The notes under the pieces were generated by a model that did not search any database, was not told where the DNA came from, and worked only from the letters and a program-made list of their open reading frames with translations. Position numbers and translations under genes: made by a program. From an uncultured archaeon (lineage in GTDB: Archaea > Asgardarchaeota > Lokiarchaeia > Sigyniarchaeales > SOKP01), in contig CAYLZE010000022.1 of NCBI GenBank assembly GCA_964388035.1, positions 1 to 55,925 on the forward strand: a DNA stretch of 55,925 bases, in the 5' to 3' direction. Position 1 is the first letter of the stretch; each line of letters opens with the position of its first letter. Positions 32,127 through 42,258 of the stretch are shown piece by piece.

Positions 32127-32582
32127 ATGGGATTTAAAGTAGTAGTTAACGGTTCAAAATTAAAATTTAGTGCGTGTCATTTTTTAAAGGAACCGATGAA
32201 GTGTTCTCGGCTTCACGGGCATAATTATTATGTATCGGTTCAAGTAAGTGATGATTTAAATGAAAATAAATTTGTAATGGATTTTCTCGAGTTAAGAGAA
32301 TTAGTAGATTCGATCATAGAGCCTTTAGATCATTTTGTATTAATCCCCGAGAAGTCGAAAGAAATCTCAATTAAAAAGGATAATGAATCTGTTGAAGTGA
32401 ACTTTAACGGGAAAAAATATCAATTTCCTTTATCCGATGTTAAATTTTTGCCTATTGAGGCGACATCCAGCGAGTTATTAGCAAAATATATTCACTCTAA
32501 ATTAAAAGAGAGTCTGCAAGATAAGAAAATTACGGTAAAAGTAAAAGAAAGTAATGCAACCACTGCGATATACTCTGACTGA
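32127..32582 (+). CDS. queD: 6-carboxytetrahydropterin synthase / PTPS family
   Basis: FSACH, CSRLHGHNY, DF, LDH, SSELLA, terminal ES. Confidence 0.88.
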   Translation: MGFKVVVNGSKLKFSACHFLKEPMKCSRLHGHNYYVSVQVSDDLNENKFVMDFLELRELVDSIIEPLDHFVLIPEKSKEISIKKDNESVEVNFNGKKYQFPLSDVKFLPIEATSSELLAKYIHSKLKESLQDKKITVKVKESNATTAIYSD

Positions 32583-32584
32583 TT

Positions 32585-33826
32585 CTATTTTTTAACGAAT
32601 TTTAAAGTTATCAAAAACGAGATTAATATTAGGAAGAGCATGAAGTAATAAGGTAAAAAAAGGAAAATAGATCCCAATAAAGTAATAATTATAGGTCCAA
32701 TAGCCGAACAGAGAAAACCTATGGTATTGGAGATTCCAAATCCCGTGCTTTTTAGATTAATATCAATTAATCCAACTTTATCTATGGTTGCTGTTGCTAC
32801 AGCCGTTTCAAATATCCCTAATCCAATGCCGGAAATAACACTAGCAAATATATATAATGGTAGGTTACCTGTTAAATCAACTAGGATATATAGGAGACCA
32901 AACATGACGATTATAGCTTGACCTAACAACATCAAGAGTTTAGATCCCCACTTTTTAATAAATTTTCCAGTAATTCCTACAAAAACTATATACATCACAA
33001 CAGTGAGTATCAGAATAAAACTAGTTTGTATGGAGTTTAAATGAAATTGTACTTCCAAAATCCATATGATATAAGATACAATTCCTCCAAAAATTAGCCA
33101 TCTGATACTACTAATAATTACAATCATGCTGAACTGACGATCTTTCAATAAAAGTTTGATTACGGCTAAATTAAAATTAGTCTTAACAGAATTATCTTGT
33201 AAATCTAAAGAAGACTGCTGAATAGCATGTTCTTCATGGTAAAAGAATAAAATTAGCACTCCAGATAAGGCTATCAAAATACCGGATATGAAAAATCCAC
33301 TCCGAATTCCAAGAAAAAAAGTTACATATCCTCCTAAAGAAATTCCTCCAAAATACCCTAGTGTATAACTAATAATATAATAACTCATCCCCTTTCCTTG
33401 TTCCTCTTCCTTGTATATATCACTCGTAATAGCTTGAAGTATGGCACTATATGCTCCAACACCTTGGAGGGCTCTAAAGAAAATCAATTCAATGATATTT
33501 TGGGCTATAAAACATAGAAAGGTGCCTATTGTAAAAATGATAATCCCAATCAGCATGATTTTTTTTCTTCCATATTTGTCAGAGATTAAAGAAAAGGGAA
33601 CTTGAAAGATACTTTGAGTAAGATAGAACACCCCAATGACTAATCCAAATGAAAATAACGTCCCAGATAAACCTAATATTATATATGGAAGACTGATTTC
33701 CGCAACGGAAATCCCAACTAATCTGAAGAAATTTGTTAATAAAATTACAAGAAACGAAAGCTGCAAAGCACGCTTCTGTTTTGATGTAGTTTCTACTTCA
33801 TTCATTGAAGATAAAAATGAGGACAA
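32585..33826 (-). CDS. MFS transporter, paralog 3 (ATG alternative at 33805)
   Basis: SDKYGRKK, RALQGVGAYSAI; same subfamily as 5586 and 9659. Confidence 0.9.
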   Translation of the reverse strand: MSSFLSSMNEVETTSKQKRALQLSFLVILLTNFFRLVGISVAEISLPYIILGLSGTLFSFGLVIGVFYLTQSIFQVPFSLISDKYGRKKIMLIGIIIFTIGTFLCFIAQNIIELIFFRALQGVGAYSAILQAITSDIYKEEEQGKGMSYYIISYTLGYFGGISLGGYVTFFLGIRSGFFISGILIALSGVLILFFYHEEHAIQQSSLDLQDNSVKTNFNLAVIKLLLKDRQFSMIVIISSIRWLIFGGIVSYIIWILEVQFHLNSIQTSFILILTVVMYIVFVGITGKFIKKWGSKLLMLLGQAIIVMFGLLYILVDLTGNLPLYIFASVISGIGLGIFETAVATATIDKVGLIDINLKSTGFGISNTIGFLCSAIGPIIITLLGSIFLFLPYYFMLFLILISFLITLKFVKK

Positions 33827-33858
33827 TTATAAATAGTTAGTATAAAAAGCAAAATGGT

Positions 33859-34053
33859 TTGGAATTAGAAGTTGTTAATCTATTCGGGCATACTTATGAT
33901 TCAATAGGGATTATAGATCGAATGAATAAAAATTTTTTCACGGGATATGCTATTATTGAATGGCATGGAGAAAATTCTTCAGCAAAATACTTCGCTGAGA
34001 AATATCACGAGACACTTATCCCAGATTCGACTATCCATATTTATATAATTTAA
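33859..34053 (+). pseudogene. Fragment of an MBL-fold hydrolase
   Basis: LEVVNLFGHTYDSIGIID.....FFTGYA matches the GHT..S...D....F.GD motif with D>Y; HxHxDH region missing. Confidence 0.55.
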
Positions 34054-34082
34054 TGGGCTTCGATCTAGTAATGGAATGGGTG

Positions 34083-34946
34083 TCAATCTTGATTTCTAAT
34101 CATGCTTTCAATTAGTTTTAAATACTCAATGCATTCTTTTGTATAGAAATCAGCTTCCAGAAGATTTGTCCCGTTATTTATGAAGAAATTTTCAGTGTTT
34201 GATGCTAGAAATTCTCCAATTATTGCACCTTCATAATTAATATATTTTAATGCTCGATAAATTTCAAACCAATTTGTTTGTCCTCGACCAGGTGATTTTC
34301 GATTAGAATCCGCTACATGACAATGTATTAGGTCATTATCAGCCAATAAAATTGGTTCTGCATTATTATCTTCCTCGATATTACAGTGAAAAAAGTCAAG
34401 CATCATTTTAACTCGAGGATGATTGACCTTCTTAACAAGAGATTTTGCTCGGCTACAGGTACGTAAAAACATGTTTTCATAGCGATTTAATGGTTCAAGG
34501 GCAATTAAAATGGATCCTATTGATTGGGCATAATCACCTAACTCTCGTATCGCAGCGCTACAAGATTCTTGGTTTTGCAACGTCCATTTATCATTTAAAT
34601 TAAAAACACCCGTTGGTACTATAAGGACGAGTTTTGCCCCCAACTCTTCTCCAACTCTAAGAGATTCTTTAAGATACTCGATAGATCTTTCACGTACTTC
34701 ACTATTTTTATCTATAATGTTCCTTCTTATCTTGATATTTTTTGAAAACGTCATATTTGGACAAATACTACTACAGGAAATTGAATATTTTTCCATGTAT
34801 TTTTTTGTTGAAAGCAAATCAAAATCATTAAGATCATTTATCCTGATTTCAATCGCATCATAGCCAAATTTTTTAAGTCGTTGAAATTGATTTTCCAAGG
34901 GCTCTTCTCCATAAATCCAATTTGAGATACCATACGTTAAATTCAT
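34083..34946 (-). CDS. Sugar phosphate isomerase/epimerase (xylose-isomerase-like TIM barrel; ketose 3-epimerase-like)
   Basis: LEPLNRYE, DFFH, HVADSNR..PG.G, terminal E. Confidence 0.88.
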   Translation of the reverse strand: MNLTYGISNWIYGEEPLENQFQRLKKFGYDAIEIRINDLNDFDLLSTKKYMEKYSISCSSICPNMTFSKNIKIRRNIIDKNSEVRERSIEYLKESLRVGEELGAKLVLIVPTGVFNLNDKWTLQNQESCSAAIRELGDYAQSIGSILIALEPLNRYENMFLRTCSRAKSLVKKVNHPRVKMMLDFFHCNIEEDNNAEPILLADNDLIHCHVADSNRKSPGRGQTNWFEIYRALKYINYEGAIIGEFLASNTENFFINNGTNLLEADFYTKECIEYLKLIESMIRNQD

Positions 34947-35506
34947 TTAACTTCTCGCCATAAATTCTATATTAATTTTCTTATAATTAAATTAATAAAT
35001 CTTAATTTAATTCTATTATGATTTTAGAAACATTTTGAGTTTCTTTTCGATTTCCAATTGTGAAATGGAAAACAAGAAAAAGTAAAAATAAAGTAAAAAT
35101 TGCTTGGCATGTAACATCTGCTTCTTATTATCTTTCATTATTAATTTAATGCTTAAAATCTCTAAGTAGGAATAGATTTATAAATTCGCATTGAATAATA
35201 GTAATTAAGTCAAATTTTTGACGGAATATCTGAAAACGAAATATATTTGTGTAAAATTCGCAATTTTCTTAAATTGATTCGAAAATTACTTGAAATAATC
35301 TTCTAAAAGATTTTAGTAAGAAAACTTAAAAAAAATAACTAATAAAACCTCCTTTTTTTTCTATAATTAACTAATCTTTACTTGATTTCTTTTTTAATAG
35401 TCGTAAACTCAACTATTCTATTCCGACTTATTCTCAAATGATTTCTTCCATTTTTGCTGAAAAGAAATGCAAAAAGTAATAAGTAAAAACTATCTCTATT
35501 TATTCA

Positions 35507-35956
35507 ATGGTAGAAATAGAAAGTTATGTTGAACTTAAGCATTTCCTTTTAAATTTGAATTCCTCTTTATTTCCTGAGCAGTTTGAATTTCTTTCGAGGG
35601 ATTTATTATTTGAATCCACGATGGAATTAACACATCGCATAAATAAGGTTTTAAAAGACTATCATGAATTGACAGAGCTAGCAAAAAAGTTTCACCTTAA
35701 GCCCGTTTTGATTTTCTCCCAAGACTTATTGGCGCAAATGTCACGACTTTTGAAATTTGAGACAAAACACTTGACAAGTTTTAACCAAATTTTAATGGAT
35801 TTAAAAGAAATGTTACTCAACCAAGAACAGCTTTTACAAAATAAATATTTAGCGATAGCAGAACGGGAAATGAAGCTGATGCAGGATGATAAATTCAGAA
35901 AAACCTTGGAAGCTACTTTTCAAAGTTTTCTGGTTGATTTGGATAAAAAATCTTAG
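35507..35956 (+). CDS. Hypothetical helical protein
   Basis: 149-aa ORF with ATG; no recognisable motif. Confidence 0.6.
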   Translation: MVEIESYVELKHFLLNLNSSLFPEQFEFLSRDLLFESTMELTHRINKVLKDYHELTELAKKFHLKPVLIFSQDLLAQMSRLLKFETKHLTSFNQILMDLKEMLLNQEQLLQNKYLAIAEREMKLMQDDKFRKTLEATFQSFLVDLDKKS

Positions 35957-36308
35957 GGGAACACTGTAGCATTTGTTTAAAGTTTAGATCCAAATCATCT
36001 CTAAAAAATATTTATAATAGGTTTTAAATCAAAGCTCTCTTAAAAAGAAGATTATAGCATTAAACCTTCTTCAATAATTTCTTTCTAAAAGAATAGATGA
36101 TTTTTGGAGAATCTTTTTAACTATTTAGGATGAAGTTATAAAATCACATGTTATATTCCTTATTTGAGAAATAGATAAAAAAAGAATAAAGTCTTCATCG
36201 TTAGATTTTCCCATAAAAATTGGACCATTATAATTTCATATACCATGCATATCATAGTATTATTAAGATAGTATAAAAAAAATTAAAAGAAAGAGGTAAT
36301 GAAAAAGT

Positions 36309-36812
36309 ATGCTAACAGAAGAAATAAGTAAAGTTGAGACGATTAGACTCCAAAAGCGTTTTATTAATCCTTTATGGACGATTATAGGGGGTAGCTTCGT
36401 ACTGGTTTTTGGATTAATTTTAATGTACTCCGATTTGACCCCTTATATTTTGACGCAAGATCAATTATTTTTGATGATCTTGAAATATTTCGGATTTATT
36501 ACGGCCTTACAAGGAGGGATTATCATTATTCGGGGCATTATTGGTAACAATTTGGTTAGTCTCCATCAATTTTTGAGGGTGCTTCAAGTATTGGTATCCC
36601 TGGCTTCCATAGGATTATTAGTTGTTCTCTATAACAATCCCAGTTCGATTCCCATTTATAATTACGATGAGCTTTCCAATACATTAATTCTCATTCAATC
36701 TCCCTTTGAAATAAAATGGATACAATTAGCAATCGTCATTATTATTGCTTTAGTAATTATTGGCGCACTTTCGGATATATATGAAGCGGGAAAGTTAGAA
36801 AAATACAAATAG
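36309..36812 (+). CDS. Hypothetical 4-TM membrane protein
   Basis: Hydrophobic helices; GAGGT SD upstream. Confidence 0.7.
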   Translation: MLTEEISKVETIRLQKRFINPLWTIIGGSFVLVFGLILMYSDLTPYILTQDQLFLMILKYFGFITALQGGIIIIRGIIGNNLVSLHQFLRVLQVLVSLASIGLLVVLYNNPSSIPIYNYDELSNTLILIQSPFEIKWIQLAIVIIIALVIIGALSDIYEAGKLEKYK

Positions 36813-37035
36813 ATTTTTTCTTCTTCTTTTTTAAATTAAATTTAACTTTCAATTCCTTTTTTTGAATTAAGAAATTAATTCTAAAAATTATCTGGGATTT
36901 AAATTTTAAGTTTGAAATTGGTTTTACTTTTATAATCTAAAAAGTAAAAAGGTTTATATATATTCTTCATTTATAATATTATTAATAAAATATATTCTTT
37001 AAAGAGAATATATAAAAATAAAAACTTAGAAATGA

Positions 37036-37620
37036 ATGACGTTAAAGCAATCATATCCACTAAATCATAGAGAATTTGTTGTATTGGGGCTCGTTGGGGA
37101 AGAACCAAGTCATGCGTATAAAATTGACAAAAAAATTGATGATAGGGGCATGAGAGAGTGGACAAGCATAGGTACCTCTTCAATCTATAGTGACTTAAAT
37201 ACTTTAGAAATAAATGGATTAGTTGAATCTTATACCGAAGAACATGATAACCGTATTCGCCGAGTTTATAAAATAACGGATTTTGGTTGGAAGATTTTAG
37301 AGGTTAAAATATTTACAGTTCTTAAAGAATTCCAAGGGAAGAACGATGAGGATTTTTATGTTGCTTTTTCAATGTTGCCCGTTTTGAGTAAAGAAAAGCA
37401 AATGGAAGCAATATCGCATTCAATAAACATAATGAAATCACATGTTAAAGAATTAGAAGAAATGCTTGAACAAAATTCGAGCATGCCGCTAAATGTGACA
37501 GGATTATTCATTCATCCCATAAAAATACTTGAAACAGATATAAATTTTTTGGAATGGTTAATGAACCAGATTGAAAACGGAAGAGGGACAGTCTCCCCTA
37601 ATGATCATGTTAAAGAGTAA
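37036..37620 (+). CDS. PadR-family transcriptional regulator
   Basis: VLGL...PSHAY, SSIYSDL..LE..GLV, RRVYKITDFG. Confidence 0.9.
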   Translation: MTLKQSYPLNHREFVVLGLVGEEPSHAYKIDKKIDDRGMREWTSIGTSSIYSDLNTLEINGLVESYTEEHDNRIRRVYKITDFGWKILEVKIFTVLKEFQGKNDEDFYVAFSMLPVLSKEKQMEAISHSINIMKSHVKELEEMLEQNSSMPLNVTGLFIHPIKILETDINFLEWLMNQIENGRGTVSPNDHVKE

Positions 37621-37638
37621 AGGAAGGGTGACAAAATA

Positions 37639-38769
37639 TTGAAGTATATGGTTAAGAATTTCAATCATCGTGTAGGATTTCATTGTGAATCGTCTGCGAT
37701 GAGAGATTTATTCGAATTTCACGGGTTTCCAATGTCAGAAGCAATGGCATTTGGTCTGGATGGCACGCTAGGCTTCATATTTTATGATTCTTCCACACGA
37801 ATGGCAGATGGGGAAAAATTAGATACACCCTATTTCGTTGGAGGAAAAGGGGGAACGCTTGATCCTAATTCACTCGCATGTCGTCTTTTAGGTATAACCT
37901 TACGCAAGCAATCATTTACCAGTGCGGATAAGGGGTGGAATGAAGCAAAGACGTTAACTGAAAAAGAAATTCCACTCATTCTACAGGTTGATTTGGGATT
38001 CTTACCCTACATACAGGAGCAAGAAGAGATACATTTTGGTGGCCATACCATTACTCTCGCTGGATTTGATGAAGAAAAAAATCTGGCTTATGTGGGCGAT
38101 ACTACCTATGAAAATTTCCAAGAATTAAGCATTGAAGATTTAAAAAAAGCAAGGAGTTCCATTCATGGTCCTTCATTTTTGCGTCCGAATAACGTGCAAT
38201 ATTCAATGAGTCGCCGCCCCGATGGAAAACATCCGCCTTTAGGGGCAGGGCTGAAATTAGCGATTCAAGAAGCCGTGAATCACATGCTAAGACCTTCCGT
38301 GAACTATATCGGAATCCAAGGATTAAAAAAGTTTACCGAATCGATACTTAATTGGAAAAATGAGTTAAAAGGGATAGTTAAGGATCCTTATAGCGATAAA
38401 CAACTTCCCTTAGCTCCCTTAACTTTTGAGTTGCTTCATGGATTCATTGAAACATGGGGAACGGGTGGGGGCTTGTTTAGGAAGCTATTTGCAAACTTTC
38501 TTGAGGAAGTAAAAATCCATCCTGAGGTTAGAAGTGGGATTCGAGCATGGAACGCCATGGAGATAGAACACTTGGAAGAAGTTGTTCCAATGATAAAGGA
38601 ATCCGCTCAAAATTGGACGCAGATTGCCACTTCCTTAAAACGTGCAGTGAATGATTATGGTGAGAATTGTGTCCAGGATATAGATTTAAATGAGATATCA
38701 AATATTGCTTACCAAATACTTCAGATTGAAGAAATTGCCTTTAAGAAATTAGCGGAAATTAAATTATGA
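37639..38769 (+). CDS. BtrH-N/DUF4872 (papain/C39-like Cys-His) family protein
   Basis: HCESSA, SEAMAFGL, HFGGH...LAGFD, GTGGGLFRKLF. Confidence 0.8.
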   Translation: MKYMVKNFNHRVGFHCESSAMRDLFEFHGFPMSEAMAFGLDGTLGFIFYDSSTRMADGEKLDTPYFVGGKGGTLDPNSLACRLLGITLRKQSFTSADKGWNEAKTLTEKEIPLILQVDLGFLPYIQEQEEIHFGGHTITLAGFDEEKNLAYVGDTTYENFQELSIEDLKKARSSIHGPSFLRPNNVQYSMSRRPDGKHPPLGAGLKLAIQEAVNHMLRPSVNYIGIQGLKKFTESILNWKNELKGIVKDPYSDKQLPLAPLTFELLHGFIETWGTGGGLFRKLFANFLEEVKIHPEVRSGIRAWNAMEIEHLEEVVPMIKESAQNWTQIATSLKRAVNDYGENCVQDIDLNEISNIAYQILQIEEIAFKKLAEIKL

Positions 38770-38779
38770 GGTATAAATA

Positions 38780-39124
38780 TTGAAATCCAGGGAAAATCGA
38801 GATTTGGACAAAGATAAATTAGAAATGACCGTAATGCCATGTGGGATTTATTGTCCGGGCTGTCTGGTCTATATGAAAGGAAAATGCCCCGGTGGTTCTA
38901 AAGGTTGTAAAAAATGCAAGACGATATATGAATGTGCGAAAAAAAAGAATATTAAATATTGTTTTGAATGTAATGCTAATACAGTTTCTTTTCCATGCGA
39001 GCGGTTCAAGCAATTCAATGAGACTTGGAAAATGTATGGTCAAAATTTAATTGAGAATCAATTATTTATCAAAGAGCATGGAATAGAAGCCTTTTTAAGT
39101 AAGTTTAGGAGACAAAAGTTATGA
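38780..39124 (+). CDS. DUF3795 Cys-rich Zn-binding protein
   Basis: PCGIYCPGC, C.G, C....C, CFEC, FPC, NLIEN. Confidence 0.8.
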   Translation: MKSRENRDLDKDKLEMTVMPCGIYCPGCLVYMKGKCPGGSKGCKKCKTIYECAKKKNIKYCFECNANTVSFPCERFKQFNETWKMYGQNLIENQLFIKEHGIEAFLSKFRRQKL

Positions 39125-39555
39125 AAGAGATTAAAGATGTAAGCGAAAAAGATTTAATATCTCACTGTGGTTTGTATTGCGGGGCTTGTCGAGCGTATTT
39201 GTTAGAAAAGAAGAATTTATTTGCACAAAAAGGATATAAGAGAGGATGTAAGGGTTGTATTACTCAGAATAAAAACTGCGTACACATAAAAAAGGGTTGT
39301 AAATATTTAAAAAATGGAGAGGTTCATTTCTGCTTCGAATGTGAAGAATTTCCATGTCAAAAAATTGAAAGATTAGATCATCGCTATAAAAAAAAATATG
39401 ATGTTAGTCTAATAGATAATCTTAAGAGAATCAAAGAGATTGGCATAAGAGAATGGTTGAGGGAACAAAAAAACCTCTACACTTGTCCAAAATGTTCGGG
39501 AGAGATTTGCGTACATGATGCGGAGTGCTTCGATTGTGGATATCAAATACTATAA
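39121..39555 (+). CDS. DUF3795 Cys-rich Zn-binding protein with C-terminal Zn ribbon
   Basis: CGLYCGAC, CKGC, CFECEEFPC, CPKC..ICVH...CFDC; ATGA overlap with the previous gene. Confidence 0.82.
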   Translation: MKEIKDVSEKDLISHCGLYCGACRAYLLEKKNLFAQKGYKRGCKGCITQNKNCVHIKKGCKYLKNGEVHFCFECEEFPCQKIERLDHRYKKKYDVSLIDNLKRIKEIGIREWLREQKNLYTCPKCSGEICVHDAECFDCGYQIL

Positions 39556-39704
39556 TTTAAAAAAATGAATATCAAAAATATGGTTGTAGAAAATGACGAG
39601 ATTAATTAATGATGATTTCTAGCACATCTACAATCTTAGGATTATGCTCGGGATTAGACTTGGAAAATTATATAAAAATCTATATTATGATGAGGTATTA
39701 ATTC

Positions 39705-42209
39705 TTGAATTTTATAAAGGTTAGAGGAGCAAGAATACATAATCTTAAAAATATTGATGTAGACATCCAAAAGGGAAAATTAGTCCTAATAACGGGAGTT
39801 TCGGGAAGCGGGAAAAGTTCATTAGCTTTTGATATTATCTTTGATGAGGGGATGAATCGATACTTACAATCCATTGGATTTCCTCCGAAATTTGAGGACG
39901 AGAAACCTTTTGATTTAATCGAGGGGTTGAGCCCGACGGTTGCGGTAGAGCAACGGACTACACGGGTTTTTAATCCTCGCTCGACCGTAGGAACCAAAAC
40001 CAAATTATATGATCTTCTTAGGATGCTATACGCTACTGAAGGCGTCATACCTTGCCCCATTTGTAAGATCCCCGTTAATGAAAATCTCGAATGCGATATG
40101 TGTGGAATGAAGGTAGATAAATTGCAGATCAAGCATTTTTCTTTTAATGAACCTTCAGGAATGTGCTTGAATTGTAAAGGGCGAGGATATACCATGCAAT
40201 TCACGGAAGAGATGATTGTTCAAGATTATGATCGCAACTTGTTAGAAATTACGAAAGCAGGTTCAGGGTGCTTTGCGGATCAACTAAGATTCGTGGAGCA
40301 ATTACCTCGGTTCTATGATTTTGACATCAATACACCTTATAAAGATTTACATGATTCTGTTAAAAAAGTATATCTCTATGGGAGTGGAAAAAAACTGCAA
40401 TTTAATTGGGAATCCAAACGGTTCAGCGGAGAATTAGAACGAGAATTTGAAGGGATCATTCCTCATCTGGAGAGAGCAGTGTCAGATAGTAAGAGTGCTT
40501 ACAGAAGGACTAAGATAATGAAGGACTACATGATTCAGAGAAAATGCGAAGAATGCCAGGATTTTAAAATCAATGATCGCGCGAGAGAAGTGAAAATTGC
40601 AGAAAAACATATCGGGGAACTGGCAATGATGACAATGGATGAATTAATCATATTCCTGCAAGGCTTAAATGAACAACACGTGAAAACCCCCCAAGGGAGA
40701 GCGATGCGAGATGAGATTCTACTAAGATTGAATAACATGGTAAAAGTAGGCTTGGCTTACTTGCATTTGAATCGATCTCTACCAACCTTGAGCGGGGGAG
40801 AATTACAAAGATTATCATTAATGACCCACCTGGAAGGAGGATTAGACTCCCTTATTTATGTTTTAGACGAACCTAGTATGAGCTTGCATGAACGAGAAAA
40901 GGATTCCTTAATTGAAATATTAAAAAGGCTCAAGAATTTGGGTAATACCATTATTATTGTGGAACATGATAAACGCTTCATTGAGATTGCAGATGAGATA
41001 ATAGATATTGGACCAGGTGCGGGAGTTCACGGGGGAGCAATCGTATATCAAGGTGATTTGAAAGGGATTTCTCAAATTACTCAATCCCATACGGGACACT
41101 TTCTCGTTGGGAATTTAAAACTTCCAAAAACCCATGAAAGGAATGAGAAGAATATGGATAAACCAACAAGCTACATAACAATTAAAGACGCTCGAACAAA
41201 TAATCTTAAAATTGATGAAATTAAGATTCCCCTCGGGATGATGGTGGGCATTGCGGGAGTTTCGGGAAGCGGGAAGAGTTCCTTAATCCTAGATACCCTC
41301 ATACCGTTAATAAAGCCTCATTTTAAAAGAGGGGCAAATAAGGATAAAAAAAGTGCAGACCCTGATGAGGAAGAGGAGGAGGAAGAAAATGAGAAAGAAT
41401 TACAAGATTATTCCGGAGCAATAAAAGGATGGGAAAATATTGATGGTGTCGTGGTAGTAAATCAAAGTCCAATCTCTCGGGTGAGAACTTCCACTCCTTG
41501 CTCATATATTAGGATTTGGGATAAAATTAGGGAACTTTTTGCCAAGACATCGGATGCTAAACAGCAAAAGTTATCGGCGGGCCATTTTTCCTATAATTCT
41601 GAAAAGGGGCGTTGTCCCGCATGTAAGGGCCAAGGAGAGCAAGATCTTCAAATCTCTTTTCTTAATAGTTTTACAATTCCTTGTAAAGAATGTAAGGGTT
41701 CGAGATATAAACCAGAGATTTTAGAGATTAAATATAAAGGCAAATCCATAGCTGATGTATTAAATATGACTGTCTCCGAAGCTCTAAAGCTATTCAGTTC
41801 TCAGAATAGCATTGCGAACGTGCTTAAAATTTTAGAAGAGATTGGAATGGGATATATTACACTGGGACAACCTTCTCCAACCTTGAGTGGGGGGGAAGCT
41901 CAGAGAGTCAAGTTAGCAAAGGAATTAGGGAAGACTAGAAGGGGTAATTCTCTTTATATTTTAGATGAGCCCACTGTGGGTTTAAGTTTTTATGATACGG
42001 TCAAATTAATGGAATTGCTGGATAAACTCGTTCAAGACGGAAATAGCGTGGTAATAATTGAACACGATCCAGAAGTATTATCATTTACAGACTATATTAT
42101 TGAGTTAGGGCCAGAAGGAGGACCAAAAGGAGGCGAGATCATTGCAACGGGAACGCCAGAGGAAATTAAAAAGAATAAAAATTCCAAAACGGGACCATAC
42201 TTAAACTAA
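39705..42209 (+). CDS. uvrA: UvrA-family ABC ATPase lacking the UvrB-binding domain (class II/DrrC-like)
   Basis: GARIHNLKN, two GVSGSGKS, LSGGE x2; CPIC and CDMC only 9 aa apart. Confidence 0.9.
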   Translation: MNFIKVRGARIHNLKNIDVDIQKGKLVLITGVSGSGKSSLAFDIIFDEGMNRYLQSIGFPPKFEDEKPFDLIEGLSPTVAVEQRTTRVFNPRSTVGTKTKLYDLLRMLYATEGVIPCPICKIPVNENLECDMCGMKVDKLQIKHFSFNEPSGMCLNCKGRGYTMQFTEEMIVQDYDRNLLEITKAGSGCFADQLRFVEQLPRFYDFDINTPYKDLHDSVKKVYLYGSGKKLQFNWESKRFSGELEREFEGIIPHLERAVSDSKSAYRRTKIMKDYMIQRKCEECQDFKINDRAREVKIAEKHIGELAMMTMDELIIFLQGLNEQHVKTPQGRAMRDEILLRLNNMVKVGLAYLHLNRSLPTLSGGELQRLSLMTHLEGGLDSLIYVLDEPSMSLHEREKDSLIEILKRLKNLGNTIIIVEHDKRFIEIADEIIDIGPGAGVHGGAIVYQGDLKGISQITQSHTGHFLVGNLKLPKTHERNEKNMDKPTSYITIKDARTNNLKIDEIKIPLGMMVGIAGVSGSGKSSLILDTLIPLIKPHFKRGANKDKKSADPDEEEEEEENEKELQDYSGAIKGWENIDGVVVVNQSPISRVRTSTPCSYIRIWDKIRELFAKTSDAKQQKLSAGHFSYNSEKGRCPACKGQGEQDLQISFLNSFTIPCKECKGSRYKPEILEIKYKGKSIADVLNMTVSEALKLFSSQNSIANVLKILEEIGMGYITLGQPSPTLSGGEAQRVKLAKELGKTRRGNSLYILDEPTVGLSFYDTVKLMELLDKLVQDGNSVVIIEHDPEVLSFTDYIIELGPEGGPKGGEIIATGTPEEIKKNKNSKTGPYLN

Positions 42210-42258
42210 ATTGATATAGAATAAATTAGATATTGAGTGTTAACTAAAAGAATTATTC

